Assembly: GCA_965206955.1 (NCBI GenBank)
Contig: OZ242252.1
Location: 2,307,771-2,371,770 of the forward strand
Reading direction: 5' to 3'
DNA: 64,000 nt
DNA from: Candidatus Foliamicus sp.
GTDB lineage: Bacteria; Pseudomonadota; Gammaproteobacteria; Steroidobacterales; Foliamicaceae
Shown here: positions 9,289 to 18,877 of the stretch, in pieces
Layout of the letters: each line of letters opens with the position of its first letter
Position numbering within the stretch: position 1 is the stretch's first letter
Program-made: the position numbers and the translations under genes
Notes under the pieces: model-generated
The model's input: only the letters and a program-made list of their open reading frames with translations
Databases searched by the model: none
What the model was told of the DNA's origin: nothing

Positions 9289-10702
9289 ATGTCACCATTC
9301 CATAAAATGCGCTTCCGTATTGCTTATCGAAATGTTGCGTCTGTTGTCCTGATCGCGGCCGGCGCTGCCACTGTGGCAGTGGGGGAACCGGCAATCCCAG
9401 GCACTGCCGTTCTCTCAGGAACGGTAACGGCGGATACGCCGTTTACGCCGGCGCAGGTGTACGCAAAGAACCTCGATCGGAACATGCTGTACACCGTGTA
9501 TACGCACAACGGCGAGTATCGCGCCCCCAATCTGCTGCCGGGGGGCTACCGGATCTGGGCCGAGAAGGATGGCCTGACATCCCGCCACGAGATGCTGCGA
9601 ATTCAGGGTGAGGTGGAAATTGAGCTTGACCTCAAGATGGCCCCCGGGCCGGACAACCCGCTGACTCTGAAGGACTCCTCCAAGCCGGGACCGCAATTCG
9701 GCGGCGTCGGCAAGGACGCGCAACTGGTCTCCTATGATGAAATGTACCCACCTGGGCGGGGCAGAGACCTGGCCGAGCCTACCTGCCTAACCTGCCACGG
9801 CCATTCCTTCCTGCCGGCGCACCGTATGGGGCGTGAGCAATGGCACGCGATGATAAGCGTCATGCTTGATCCCAGCGGTCCGTTCGCCGATCCCACTTCG
9901 GCCCGCAGCATTACCGACGAGGAGCACGAAATCCTGGCGGATTACCTGGTGGAGAACTTCGGCCCGGACAGCTCCCGCCAAGGTATTGCGCCTCGACGTC
10001 AAGTATCCGCTGGACGAAGAGACGCTGGCCTCGGCGATGTTCATCGAGTATCTGACTCCCTTGCATCCGGCGGCCGACCTGTCCTTGAGATCGGCCAACG
10101 AGCCTTTCAAGCACCGGCTGCATCGGCCGATGCTGGACAACGACGGCAACCTGTGGGGCTCCAACAGCCTGATCGGCCTGAGCCGCGTCGATCCCCGCAC
10201 CGCGCAGTGGAGCCACTTTCCGATTGGTTATGACGAGAACAATCCGGAAACGGACATGTACGGCAAGAAAAAGGGTGACCCGGATTCGGTCTGGTCGTAC
10301 ATCTTCCCGCATGACCTCACTATCGATCGTGAAGGCCATGTTTTCTGGGCTGAGTTCCAGGGCCAGCACTTAGGCCGGCTGGACCCGGCCACCGGGGCAC
10401 AGAAGGAATACGACATCCTTCCCTTCTCGAAGGTCAAGGCATCGAGGCCCTACGGCATCGTTGCCGACCCGGATGACAAGATCTGGTTCGGCGACGGCGG
10501 ACTGGGCGGCGCGCTGGTCCGGTTCGACCCGGACACGGAATCGTTCACCTATTACCCGGAACCCCGCCAGGCCGACAATCCCAACCTGGACGTCACCCGG
10601 GAAGGCGCCATCATTTTCTCGACGCGCTCCAACAACCAGGCGGCGCTGGGAATTTTCTATCCCGACGTGTCGAAAATGACCGGCTACGGCGCCTATCGCT
10701 GA
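9289..10702 (+). pseudogene. disrupted paralog (P1) of the carboxypeptidase-regulatory-like / cytochrome c / beta-propeller family
   Basis: The reading frame splits between ORFs 9250..10233 and 9866..10702, a one-base shift near 9970-9980. The sequence reads ENFGPDS|SRQG..., where the paralogs read ENFGPDS(L/P)(P/S)(K/R)VLRLDV. About 140 aa present in both paralogs are missing at the junction HLGRLDP|ATGAQKEY (~10373-10392). Confidence 0.8.
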
Positions 10703-10901
10703 TTCAACTCAAGAAACGGACGGACGGTTGCCCGTGTTTCGGCGCCTCAATGTTGGACTGTCCAATTGTAAGTCTGCGTATATTGTGCTATAGACGGTCA
10801 CGTAGCTAGTCCGGTTTCCAAGGGGGACGTTGGGAACTGATGTCGGCGTAGCGAAATCGTTGCCTCGGCTCTGGCAGAAAAACGCCACTGGGAGGCAATC
10901 C

Positions 10902-13288
10902 ATGATCGAATCCAAACACCGTCTGCTGACGGCCCTGCTGGCCACGGCAGCATCATTTGCACTACTCGTTGCACCTTCACCGGCACATGCCCAGGAAGAC
11001 GGGTTAAGGATTGAAGAAATCGTGGTCACAGCCCGTAAACGGGACGAGACGCTGCTCAAGGTACCTATCACGGTGACCGTGATATCGGCAGAGGACATCG
11101 CCCTCAAGGCCATCGACAATTTAAGTGATATTGTCGATTTTGCCCCGGGCCTCTTTTACGGTGGCCCGTCCGGCGGTAACGCTGATCGTTCCTCCCGGCG
11201 CTTGCTGATGCGCGGGATGCAGCCCTCCACCGATCGCCAACTCCGTCAGGGCGCCTCGGTATTCATCGATGGCGCCCCCGTATTGGGGGCTGAGATCGGT
11301 GATACGGCGGGCGCGGAAAGGATCGAGGTCATAAAGGGGCCGCAAAGCGCCTACTTCGGCCGTTCCACCTTCGGTGGCGCGATCAACATCATCACCAAGA
11401 CGCCGGGCCAGGAGTGGCAGGGCCAGGTGACGGCGGAAGCCGGCAGCTGGGGTACTTCGGATTTTGGTCTGGAGGTTGAAGGGCCCTTGGTTCGGGACAA
11501 ACTGACGTTTCGTGTCAGCGCCAACTCGGACTCCATGGATGGCCAGTATACGAATTGGGCCAACCCGTCGGAGACGCTGGGGGCAAGAAGCACCGAGGAT
11601 TTCTCGTTGACCCTGCATGCCACGCCGACAGACCGGTTCACTGCCAGACTTCGTCTTCACTATTGGGAGGACGATGACGGCGAAACTCCCAGCATTGCCT
11701 ATGGGATGGGCAACGGCGAAGACCAATACAACTGCAACCTGGGCGGCACCGCCGGCCCGATGTCGGGTGTGCCCGGGGATCCCAACTGGATTTGCGGCAC
11801 GCCCCGATTCCCGAAGGACAGCGAGATCGCCCGGGATTCCATCGTGACCGACGTGATCAGGGCGGCGCTCCGGGGCGACTTCAACCCGGGCTCCAATCTT
11901 GTTCTGCCCGGATTGCTCGACCACTTCGGGTTGAGGCGGGAGGCGTTTGAGGCCAGCCTGATTTTGGACTACGAATTCGCCAACGGCATGACCATCTCGT
12001 CCATCACCGCGGCTCACACTAACGATCAGGCCCGTTTGGGTGACTTTGATTACCGGTGGACGGGTGGCTCGCGGCCCGGAAACGACGTGGCTGGCGTCAG
12101 CGACCGGACGCTGGAGGACTTCAGCCAGGAAATCCGTGTCGCGTCGTCCGCTGACAAGAAGCTGCAATGGATGATCGGCGCGAGCTATTTCGACATTGAG
12201 GAAAACCTCGGCGGAGCTTTCAGAGTTACTGCTTTCCCCCTCCCTCGAATCCGCACCCACGCGGCCCGGAAAAGAACACGGGCCAGACCACAGCCTGGTT
12301 CGGTTCGATCTCCTATGACTTGAACGACCGGTTCGCCTTGAGCGTGGAAGGCCGCAGCCAGGCGGACAAGGTCAGCAAAGGATATCCTCGGGGAATCACC
12401 CTGGAAGACACCTTCGACGCCTTTACGCCCCGCGTCATCCTGGATTACAAGCCAACCGACCAGATTACCCTCTATGCCAGCTTTGCCCAGGGCACCCGGC
12501 CCGGTGACTTCAACACGTCTCTGGTGACGGCGTCGGCCGAAAATCTCGCTTGTATTTCGGCGGCCATTGGCGCGGACGTTTTTATCCCCGAAGAAGATCT
12601 GAACAACTACGAGCTGGGTTTCAAGGGTCTGTTGTGGGACGGCCGCGCGTCGGTCACCGCCGCGGTATACAGGGGTGAATGGCGAAATATGCATACCCGC
12701 GGCGAGGTCCAGTGTCCGCAACCGGACGGCACGTTCAACGGCTTCCAGACGACCGGACTTGGGGGCTCATCCGACCTGACAGGAGCTTGAAGTAGAGGTG
12801 CTTGCCGCCGTGACGGAGAACCTGACGCTGGAGGCGACCTTTGCATTGAATGATACGGAAATCCTGTCGCGCGACAGCAATGATGCCGGGATCCTGTTGG
12901 GGTGCGGGAGTTGGCCGGACTCGGCAATCAATTCTCGCGCTATCCCAGGATCAGCGGAACGGCGTCGGGTACCTACCGGAGCCAACTGACCGACACCACC
13001 CACTGGTTTGCCCGTCTGGACTACATCTATAAGGATGGCAAGTGGGCAACGGATGCCAACGTGACGAAAACGCCCAAAGAGAATCGAATCAACTTGCGGG
13101 TTGGCCTTGAAGTTGGCGAGGACTTACGCATAGAGGCCTACGGCACCAACCTGACGGGCGACGATGCGTTTACCGGGTTCCAGGCGTTTAATGACCTTGC
13201 GTTCTTCGGTGGGCGACGGGTGCTCACCATAGGTCTTCCCGTCAAACGCACCTATGGGGTGCGCGCCGCCTATCGATTCGACCTGTAA
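10902..13288 (+). pseudogene. TonB-dependent receptor interrupted by three frameshifts
   Basis: TBDR sequence is spread over four frame segments: 10902-~12240 (signal peptide, plug EEIVVTARKRDETLLKVPITV), ~12250-12787, 12789-~12897 and 12902-13288 (C-terminal ...RAAYRFDL). The shifts are at a C-run (~12236-12247), at ~12779-12786 and at a G-run (~12893-12903). An RBS (GGGAGG) precedes the ATG at 10902. Confidence 0.75.
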
Positions 13289-13318
13289 CCAGCGGGCGGT
13301 AGCCTTTCCCACCTTCAA

Positions 13319-13355
13319 GTCGTGCCCGGAGCCCTGTTCGGGTCCCGGGCACGAC
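13319..13355 (+). terminator. stem-loop downstream of the TBDR pseudogene
   Basis: Perfect 11-bp inverted repeat GTCGTGCCCGG...CCGGGCACGAC, 30 nt after the stop. The downstream T-tract is weak. Confidence 0.5.
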
Positions 13356-13442
13356 TATTGGGAACGCATGATAGAGACACCGAGTCTGGTGCGGGTGTAA
13401 CGCAACACCAGAAAAACAAGTCAACTCTGAACAGGACAGACT

Positions 13443-15296
13443 ATGGGTATTTCAACGATGTTATTGGGCCGTGCCGTTCTTCCGGTGCTTGCTTTGACAA
13501 TTGCACTCTCCGGGTGCGCTTCGCCGGAATCTGATTCGTCGATCGAGGATTCGTCCACTACGGCCGATTCGCTTGATGGGCTTAACCGGCTTTCCGGAGC
13601 GGTTAGCGCTGAAGCGCCATTTGCGGCTGCCTACGTTTACGCCCGCAATCTCGACAAGAACGTGCTCTACACGGTTTTTACCCACAAGGGCCAGTACCAG
13701 GCCATCAACCTGATGGACGGCGGCTATGAAATCTGGTCGGAGAAAGGAGGTCTGCGATCGGAGCATCAAATGCTGCGCATTCAGGGTGGCGTTGACCTGC
13801 AGTTGGATCTGGCATTGCAGCCAGGTCCGGATAATCCGTTGACGCTCAGGGACAGCACCAAGCCCGGGCCACAGTTCGGGGGCAGGAAAGACGCCGAGCT
13901 GGTTAGCTACGACGAGATGTATCCGCCGGGTCGTGCGCGGGATCTGGCCGAACCCACCTGTCTGACGTGCCACGGGTCGGCGTTTCTGCCCGCCCATCGA
14001 ATGGATCGGAACCAGTGGCATGCCATGGTTGGCATCATGCTAGACCCCAGTGGGCCGTTCGTGGATCCTGACTCGGCGCGCGCTATTAGCGCCGAGGAAC
14101 ACAACCTTCTTGCTGACTACTTAGCGGAGAATTTCGGGCCGGACAGCCCCTCCAGAGTACTCAGGCTGGATGTGGAATATCCCGTGGATGAACAGACGCT
14201 GTCGACGGCCATGTTTATCGAGTACCTGACACCGCTGCATCCGGGTGCGGACCTCTCCCTGCGGTCCCCCAATGAGCCGTTCAAGAACCGTTTGCATAGA
14301 CCCCATCTCGATAACGACGGCAACCTCTGGGGTTCCAACAGTCTTATCGGCGTTAGCCGGGTGGATCCGCGCACCGCCCAATGGAGCCACTTCGTCATCG
14401 GCAAGGATGAGAACAACCCCGAAACAGATATGTACGGCAAGAAGAAGGGAGATCCTGATTCCATCTGGTCCTACATTTTTCCTCATGACCTCACGATCGA
14501 TGACCAGGGTTATGTATTCTGGGCAGAATATCAGGGCCAGCATTTAGGCCGCCTGGATCCGAGCACAGGCAAGATAGACCGGTTTCACATGGATCCCGAG
14601 GGCGTTGTTGTTGACGAGAATGGGGTAGTCGGAAACATCCGTGGCCACAGTCCTCACATGGCCGCCAATGGCGACGTCTGGTTTACGGCAATTCGCGGCA
14701 ACAAGATCGGAAGGTGGGACCGCAAAACCGAAAAAATCAAACTGTGGGAGATTCCCACTGCAGATTCCTTTCCCTACGGTATTGAGATCGATCAGCAAGG
14801 GGATATCTGGTTTGCCGAGGCTTTCGGTTGTGCGATTGGGCGCTTCAATCCGGCAACCGAGACGTTCACGGAATATCCGTCCCTTACAAATCCCTGCGCG
14901 ATCAATCGGCTCGCCGCTGATTCCAGGGGTACGATCTGGTACTCCGTGGCCAGTGCCGGGAAGCTGGGTAAGCTCGTCCCTGAGACAGGAGAGCAAAAAG
15001 AGTACGAGATTCTACCCTTCTCGAAAGTCAAAGCCTCTTCGCCTTACGGCATCATCGCTGACCATGAAGACAACATCTGGTTCGGAGACGGTGGTTTGGG
15101 GGGCGCCCTGGTCAAGTTTGATCAAGAGAAAGAAGAATTCACCTACTACCCGGAACCGCGGCAGGCTGATAATCCCAACCTGGATATTACCCGCGAGGGA
15201 GCAATCATCTTCTCAACCCGGTCCAACAATCAGGCTGCCCTGGGCATCTTCTACCCGGACATCAGCAAGATGACGGGTTATGGCGCGTACCACTAA
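13443..15296 (+). CDS. lipoprotein (P2): carboxypeptidase-regulatory-like domain + mono-haem cytochrome c motif + Vgb/streptogramin-lyase-type beta-propeller
   Basis: 617 aa. Lipobox LALTIALSG|C. A transthyretin-like N-domain (YVYARNLDKNVLYTVFTHKGQYQAINLMDGGYEIW). A single CXXCH motif (EPTCLTCHGSAF...WHAMVGIM). Repeated propeller-blade signatures (GDVWFTAIRGNKIGRWD, GDIWFAEAFGCAIGRFNP, GTIWYSVASAGKLGKLVP, NIWFGDGGLGGALVKFD). Confidence 0.8.
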   Translation: MGISTMLLGRAVLPVLALTIALSGCASPESDSSIEDSSTTADSLDGLNRLSGAVSAEAPFAAAYVYARNLDKNVLYTVFTHKGQYQAINLMDGGYEIWSEKGGLRSEHQMLRIQGGVDLQLDLALQPGPDNPLTLRDSTKPGPQFGGRKDAELVSYDEMYPPGRARDLAEPTCLTCHGSAFLPAHRMDRNQWHAMVGIMLDPSGPFVDPDSARAISAEEHNLLADYLAENFGPDSPSRVLRLDVEYPVDEQTLSTAMFIEYLTPLHPGADLSLRSPNEPFKNRLHRPHLDNDGNLWGSNSLIGVSRVDPRTAQWSHFVIGKDENNPETDMYGKKKGDPDSIWSYIFPHDLTIDDQGYVFWAEYQGQHLGRLDPSTGKIDRFHMDPEGVVVDENGVVGNIRGHSPHMAANGDVWFTAIRGNKIGRWDRKTEKIKLWEIPTADSFPYGIEIDQQGDIWFAEAFGCAIGRFNPATETFTEYPSLTNPCAINRLAADSRGTIWYSVASAGKLGKLVPETGEQKEYEILPFSKVKASSPYGIIADHEDNIWFGDGGLGGALVKFDQEKEEFTYYPEPRQADNPNLDITREGAIIFSTRSNNQAALGIFYPDISKMTGYGAYH

Positions 15297-15321
15297 CGGG
15301 CAGGGCGCCTAGGCGCGGGCC

Positions 15322-15421
15322 GCCGTTGCGCTGACGCGCAAGGAGTAAAGGAACGAGGGCATCCTGCCCTCGTCGGGGGCAGGATGCCCTCGTTCCCAGT
15401 AACGGATGGGCTCGTTCCCAG
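15322..15421. repeat. REP-like composite element, locus D
   Basis: GCGCTGACGCGCAAGGAGTAAAGGAACGAGGGCATCCTGCCCTCGTCGGGGGCAGGATGCCCTCGTTCCCAG...CTCGTTCCCAGTC. It abuts the thiolase stop codon. Confidence 0.85.
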
Positions 15422-16597
15422 TCAAGGGATTTCAACGGCGACGGCTACGGCCTCCCCGCCGCCGATACAAAGAGCCGCGACGCCGCGCCCGCCGCCGCGA
15501 TCCTGAAGTGCGTGGATCAGCGTAACCAGGATGCGGGCGCCGCTGGCTCCGATCGGGTGGCCGAGCGCACAAGCGCCGCCGCGCACATTGACTTTTTCGT
15601 GCGGCAGATCAAGGTCGCGCATTGCCGCCATCGTGACGCAGGCAAAGGCTTCGTTGATTTCGAACAAATCCACATCGGCCACCTTCCAACCCACCTTATC
15701 CAGGAGCTTCCCGATCGCGGGTCCGGGAGCGGTTGTAAACCATTCGGGGGCCTGTGCGTGAGATGCGTGACCGACCAATCTGGCCATTGGGTCCAGGCCA
15801 AGGCTCCCGGATTGGCTGGCGCTAAGCATGAGCAAGGCGGCGGCGCCGTCGGATATGGAGGAACTGGAGGCGGCGGTTACGGTGCCGTCGCGCGCAAATG
15901 CCGGGCGCATGCTCGGAATCCTGCCCAGTTCGCAACGTCCTGGTTCCTCGTCCTCACAAACTCTGAAGGTCTTGCCGCGGCGTGAAAAGGTGACCTCGAT
16001 GATTTCCCGCGCGAACTCTTCGCTGGAATCCAACGCCCGGGTGACCGACTCGGTCGCAAAGTCATCCTGCTCCCGGCGGCTGAACTGGTAGCGCCGGGCG
16101 GTCTCCTCGGCGAAATGGCCCATCATCTGACCGTCGTAGGGATTCTGCAGTCCGTCGAGGAACATGTGATCGCGCAATTCCTTGTGCCCCATTCTCAGTC
16201 CATCGCGCGCCTTCTCCACCAGATAAGGCGCGTTGGACATGGATTCCATGCCTCCGGCAACAATGACCATTCCCGGATCCGCGAGGATGCGATCATGCGC
16301 CAGCATTGCCGAAAACAGCCCGGACCCGCAGACCTTGCTGATCGTAGCGCAGGGAGTGGCGGTCGACAGGCCGGCCGCCAGGGCGGCCTGGCGCGCGGGC
16401 GCCTGACCGAGCCCGGCAGGCAATACGCAGCCCATCAGCACTTCGCTGATTTCATCCGCTGACCGCCCTGTATCTGTCAGGCATGCTTGAATTGCAGCCG
16501 CCCCCAGGGCAGTAGCCGTAACCGGGGCCAAGGCGCCCAGCATGGCGCCGATGGGCGTGCGCCGCGCGGCGGCGATGACAGTATGTCGTTGGCTCAT
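15422..16597 (-). CDS. acetyl-CoA C-acetyltransferase (thiolase II)
   Basis: Active-site Cys context ISKVCGSGL, and C-terminal GGACALGHPIGASGARIL and ALCIGGGEAVA. The ATG at 16597 (MSQRHTVIAAARRTPIG) is preferred over the TTG at 16609. Confidence 0.9.
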   Translation of the reverse strand: MSQRHTVIAAARRTPIGAMLGALAPVTATALGAAAIQACLTDTGRSADEISEVLMGCVLPAGLGQAPARQAALAAGLSTATPCATISKVCGSGLFSAMLAHDRILADPGMVIVAGGMESMSNAPYLVEKARDGLRMGHKELRDHMFLDGLQNPYDGQMMGHFAEETARRYQFSRREQDDFATESVTRALDSSEEFAREIIEVTFSRRGKTFRVCEDEEPGRCELGRIPSMRPAFARDGTVTAASSSSISDGAAALLMLSASQSGSLGLDPMARLVGHASHAQAPEWFTTAPGPAIGKLLDKVGWKVADVDLFEINEAFACVTMAAMRDLDLPHEKVNVRGGACALGHPIGASGARILVTLIHALQDRGGGRGVAALCIGGGEAVAVAVEIP

Positions 16598-16681
16598 GAA
16601 ACGATCCAAAAGCTAATCCTTCCCAACTGGTGGCGGAGATATGTTATTTTGGCAGCCTGGAAAAGGGTAGGTAGGGGAAAC

Positions 16682-17476
16682 ATGACTCATTCCACTTTCA
16701 AGCTGCCGGCTGGAGTTAGATTCACGCCGGTCGTAGTCGGCCTTCTATTGTGCGCCGGTTCCGCAACCGGGGACGAGCGCGTCAATGAAATGCTTCAGGT
16801 GCAACAAGGCGCCACGGCAGCCGACAAGCAGGCGCAGACCGAAATAAACGGTTTGGCGGACGCAACCCAGGAGGCGGTCAGCGAATATCGCGTGCGCCTG
16901 CAGGAACTCGACCGTATCCGGCGCTACAACGACAATCTGCAGAACACGGTGAACGACCAGGAACGGGAAAAGACGTCCCTGACGCGGCAGATCAACGAGT
17001 TCGGCAATCTGGAGCAGGGCATCGTTCCGCTCCTGTTGGACATGATCGACGACCTCGAACGTTTCATCCAGTTGGACGTGCCGTTTCAGATGGAGCAGCG
17101 GCGCGACAATATCACCCGCCTTCGTGATCTGATGGATCTGTCCAACGTCAGCATTGCCGAGAAGTATCGCCAGGTCATGGGCAGTTATCAGGTGGAAACG
17201 CTCATCGGCCGCAATATGGAGTCCTATGCCGGGGAACTGGAGTTAGGCGGGATCATGCGAAAGGTGGACTTTCTGCGCGTGGGGCGAGTGCTGTTGGCCT
17301 ACCAGACGCCCGATCGTGAAGAGACGGGGTACTGGGACAAGCAGGCGGGCGAGTGGCGCGCATTGGACGATAGTTATCGCAGCCCGATTACCCAGGGGAT
17401 ACGCATGGCGCGCCGGCTGGTGCCGCCCGACATTCTCACCCTGCCGGTAGCAGCGCCGCAAGGAGGCCAGTCATGA
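16682..17476 (+). CDS. DUF3450 family protein (TtpB-like first gene of a TonB2-type system)
   Basis: The ATG at 16682 gives a signal peptide followed by a long coiled coil. It sits immediately upstream of, and overlaps (ATGA), the large MotA/ExbB gene, as in Vibrio-type TonB2 clusters. Confidence 0.75.
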   Translation: MTHSTFKLPAGVRFTPVVVGLLLCAGSATGDERVNEMLQVQQGATAADKQAQTEINGLADATQEAVSEYRVRLQELDRIRRYNDNLQNTVNDQEREKTSLTRQINEFGNLEQGIVPLLLDMIDDLERFIQLDVPFQMEQRRDNITRLRDLMDLSNVSIAEKYRQVMGSYQVETLIGRNMESYAGELELGGIMRKVDFLRVGRVLLAYQTPDREETGYWDKQAGEWRALDDSYRSPITQGIRMARRLVPPDILTLPVAAPQGGQS

Positions 17477-18858
17477 ACCGCTTGATTGGCATGACTGCGG
17501 CAGCCCTGTTCCTGGTCAGTCCGGTGGGCGCTCAGGAGGAATCGCAGCCGGCGACAGCGATCGAGCCGGCCGACACGGTGCTGGAATTGCTTGACCTGGT
17601 GCGAGCGGAGGCCCGTGAAGGGTCGATCATGAATCGAGAGCGCGTAGAGCAGTTCCGCCAGACGCGGGACGAGCGCCAGCGTATGCTCGAGGAAGTGTCC
17701 CGGGAGCTGGCGGCGGAAAACCGCCGCAGCACTCAGTTGAATCGGAGTTATGAGCAGAACGAAGCGGATCTTTCCGAACTCGAGGAACGCCTCCAGATAC
17801 GAATCGGTAATTTCGGAGAGCTGTTTGGCGTAGTACGGGACGTGGCCGGCGACACAGTCGCATCGGTGCTCACATCGCTGATTTCCGCGCAGTATCCGAA
17901 TCGCGCCGATCTCGCGCGTGAGATGGCGGAAGCAAAAGAACTGCCCAGCCTGGAAGATCTGCGCGGCCTGCAGCTGATGCTGCTTGAGGAAATGGCGCAA
18001 TCAGGACAGGTGGTACGCTTCAACGCGGGGATCACCGATCCGGCCGGGCGGCCGACGCAAGGAGAAGTGGTCCGGGTGGGCGCTTTCAACCTCGTTCACG
18101 ATGGCAAGTTCCTGACCCGCGACTCGGAAACCGCAGCCCTGCAAATTCTGCCCCGCCAACCCGCGGGACGCTATGTCAGTATGGCCGAGGACCTGGGCAA
18201 GGCCACGTCGGGCATTGTGGAGATGGCTGTCGATCCCTCGCGCGGACAACTGCTGGGGTTGCTTATTCAGGCGCCGGATCTCATGGAGCGTATTCAGCAG
18301 GGAGGATACGTCGGCTACACGATCATCGGCATGGGCTTTATCGGCCTGCTGATCGCCTTATGGCGGCTGGTGGTGCTGCAAGGCGCCGGTCGGCGGATAC
18401 GGGCGCAGCTTCGTAGTTCGCAGGCCAATAAGGGCAATGCCCTGGGGCGGATCCTCACGGTCTACGAAGAGCATCGAAGCGGAAACCTTGACGCTCTGGC
18501 GCTGAAACTCGATGAAGCCATCATGCGCGAGGCGCCGGTTCTTGAGCGTTATCAGGGGATCCTGAAGGTATTCGCCGCCGTTGCTCCGTTGCTGGGCCTG
18601 CTCGGCACCGTGGTCGGCATGATCATTACCTTCCAGCAGTTGACCCTGTTTGGCACCGGCGACCCCAAAATGATGGCCGGCGGCATATCGCAAGCTCTTA
18701 TCACGACCGTATTGGGGCTGATCGTCGCCATTCCTCTGGTCCTTCTGCACAGCGTGGTTTCCAGTTCCAGCCAGGGACTGGTGGAAATCCTCGAAGAGCA
18801 GAGCGCCGGGTTGATCGCGCGCAAGGCCGAAGGAAATTCAGACAAGGAAGCGTCATAG
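17473..18858 (+). CDS. MotA/TolQ/ExbB proton-channel family protein, long form (TtpC-like)
   Basis: 461 aa. Signal peptide, a large periplasmic coiled-coil domain, and a C-terminal MotA/ExbB channel block (GLLGTVVGMIITFQ...GGISQALITTVLGLIVAIP). Confidence 0.85.
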   Translation: MNRLIGMTAAALFLVSPVGAQEESQPATAIEPADTVLELLDLVRAEAREGSIMNRERVEQFRQTRDERQRMLEEVSRELAAENRRSTQLNRSYEQNEADLSELEERLQIRIGNFGELFGVVRDVAGDTVASVLTSLISAQYPNRADLAREMAEAKELPSLEDLRGLQLMLLEEMAQSGQVVRFNAGITDPAGRPTQGEVVRVGAFNLVHDGKFLTRDSETAALQILPRQPAGRYVSMAEDLGKATSGIVEMAVDPSRGQLLGLLIQAPDLMERIQQGGYVGYTIIGMGFIGLLIALWRLVVLQGAGRRIRAQLRSSQANKGNALGRILTVYEEHRSGNLDALALKLDEAIMREAPVLERYQGILKVFAAVAPLLGLLGTVVGMIITFQQLTLFGTGDPKMMAGGISQALITTVLGLIVAIPLVLLHSVVSSSSQGLVEILEEQSAGLIARKAEGNSDKEAS

Positions 18859-18877
18859 CTGCCGGAACGATTAGAGC

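Noticed and set aside
9960-9990. Programmed +1 or -1 ribosomal frameshift in P1 or in the TBDR pseudogene
   Set aside because: No slippery heptamer or downstream structure was seen at the shift sites. P1 also carries a large deletion, and the TBDR has three separate shifts. Decay, or a sequencing error at the homopolymer sites, explains this better.
16598-16681. Fur box upstream of the TonB2-type operon (GATATGTTATTTTGG). The TBDR at 7203-7350 was also checked.
   Set aside because: There are only partial half-site matches to the GATAATGATAATCATTATC consensus. That is not enough to call without a scoring matrix.
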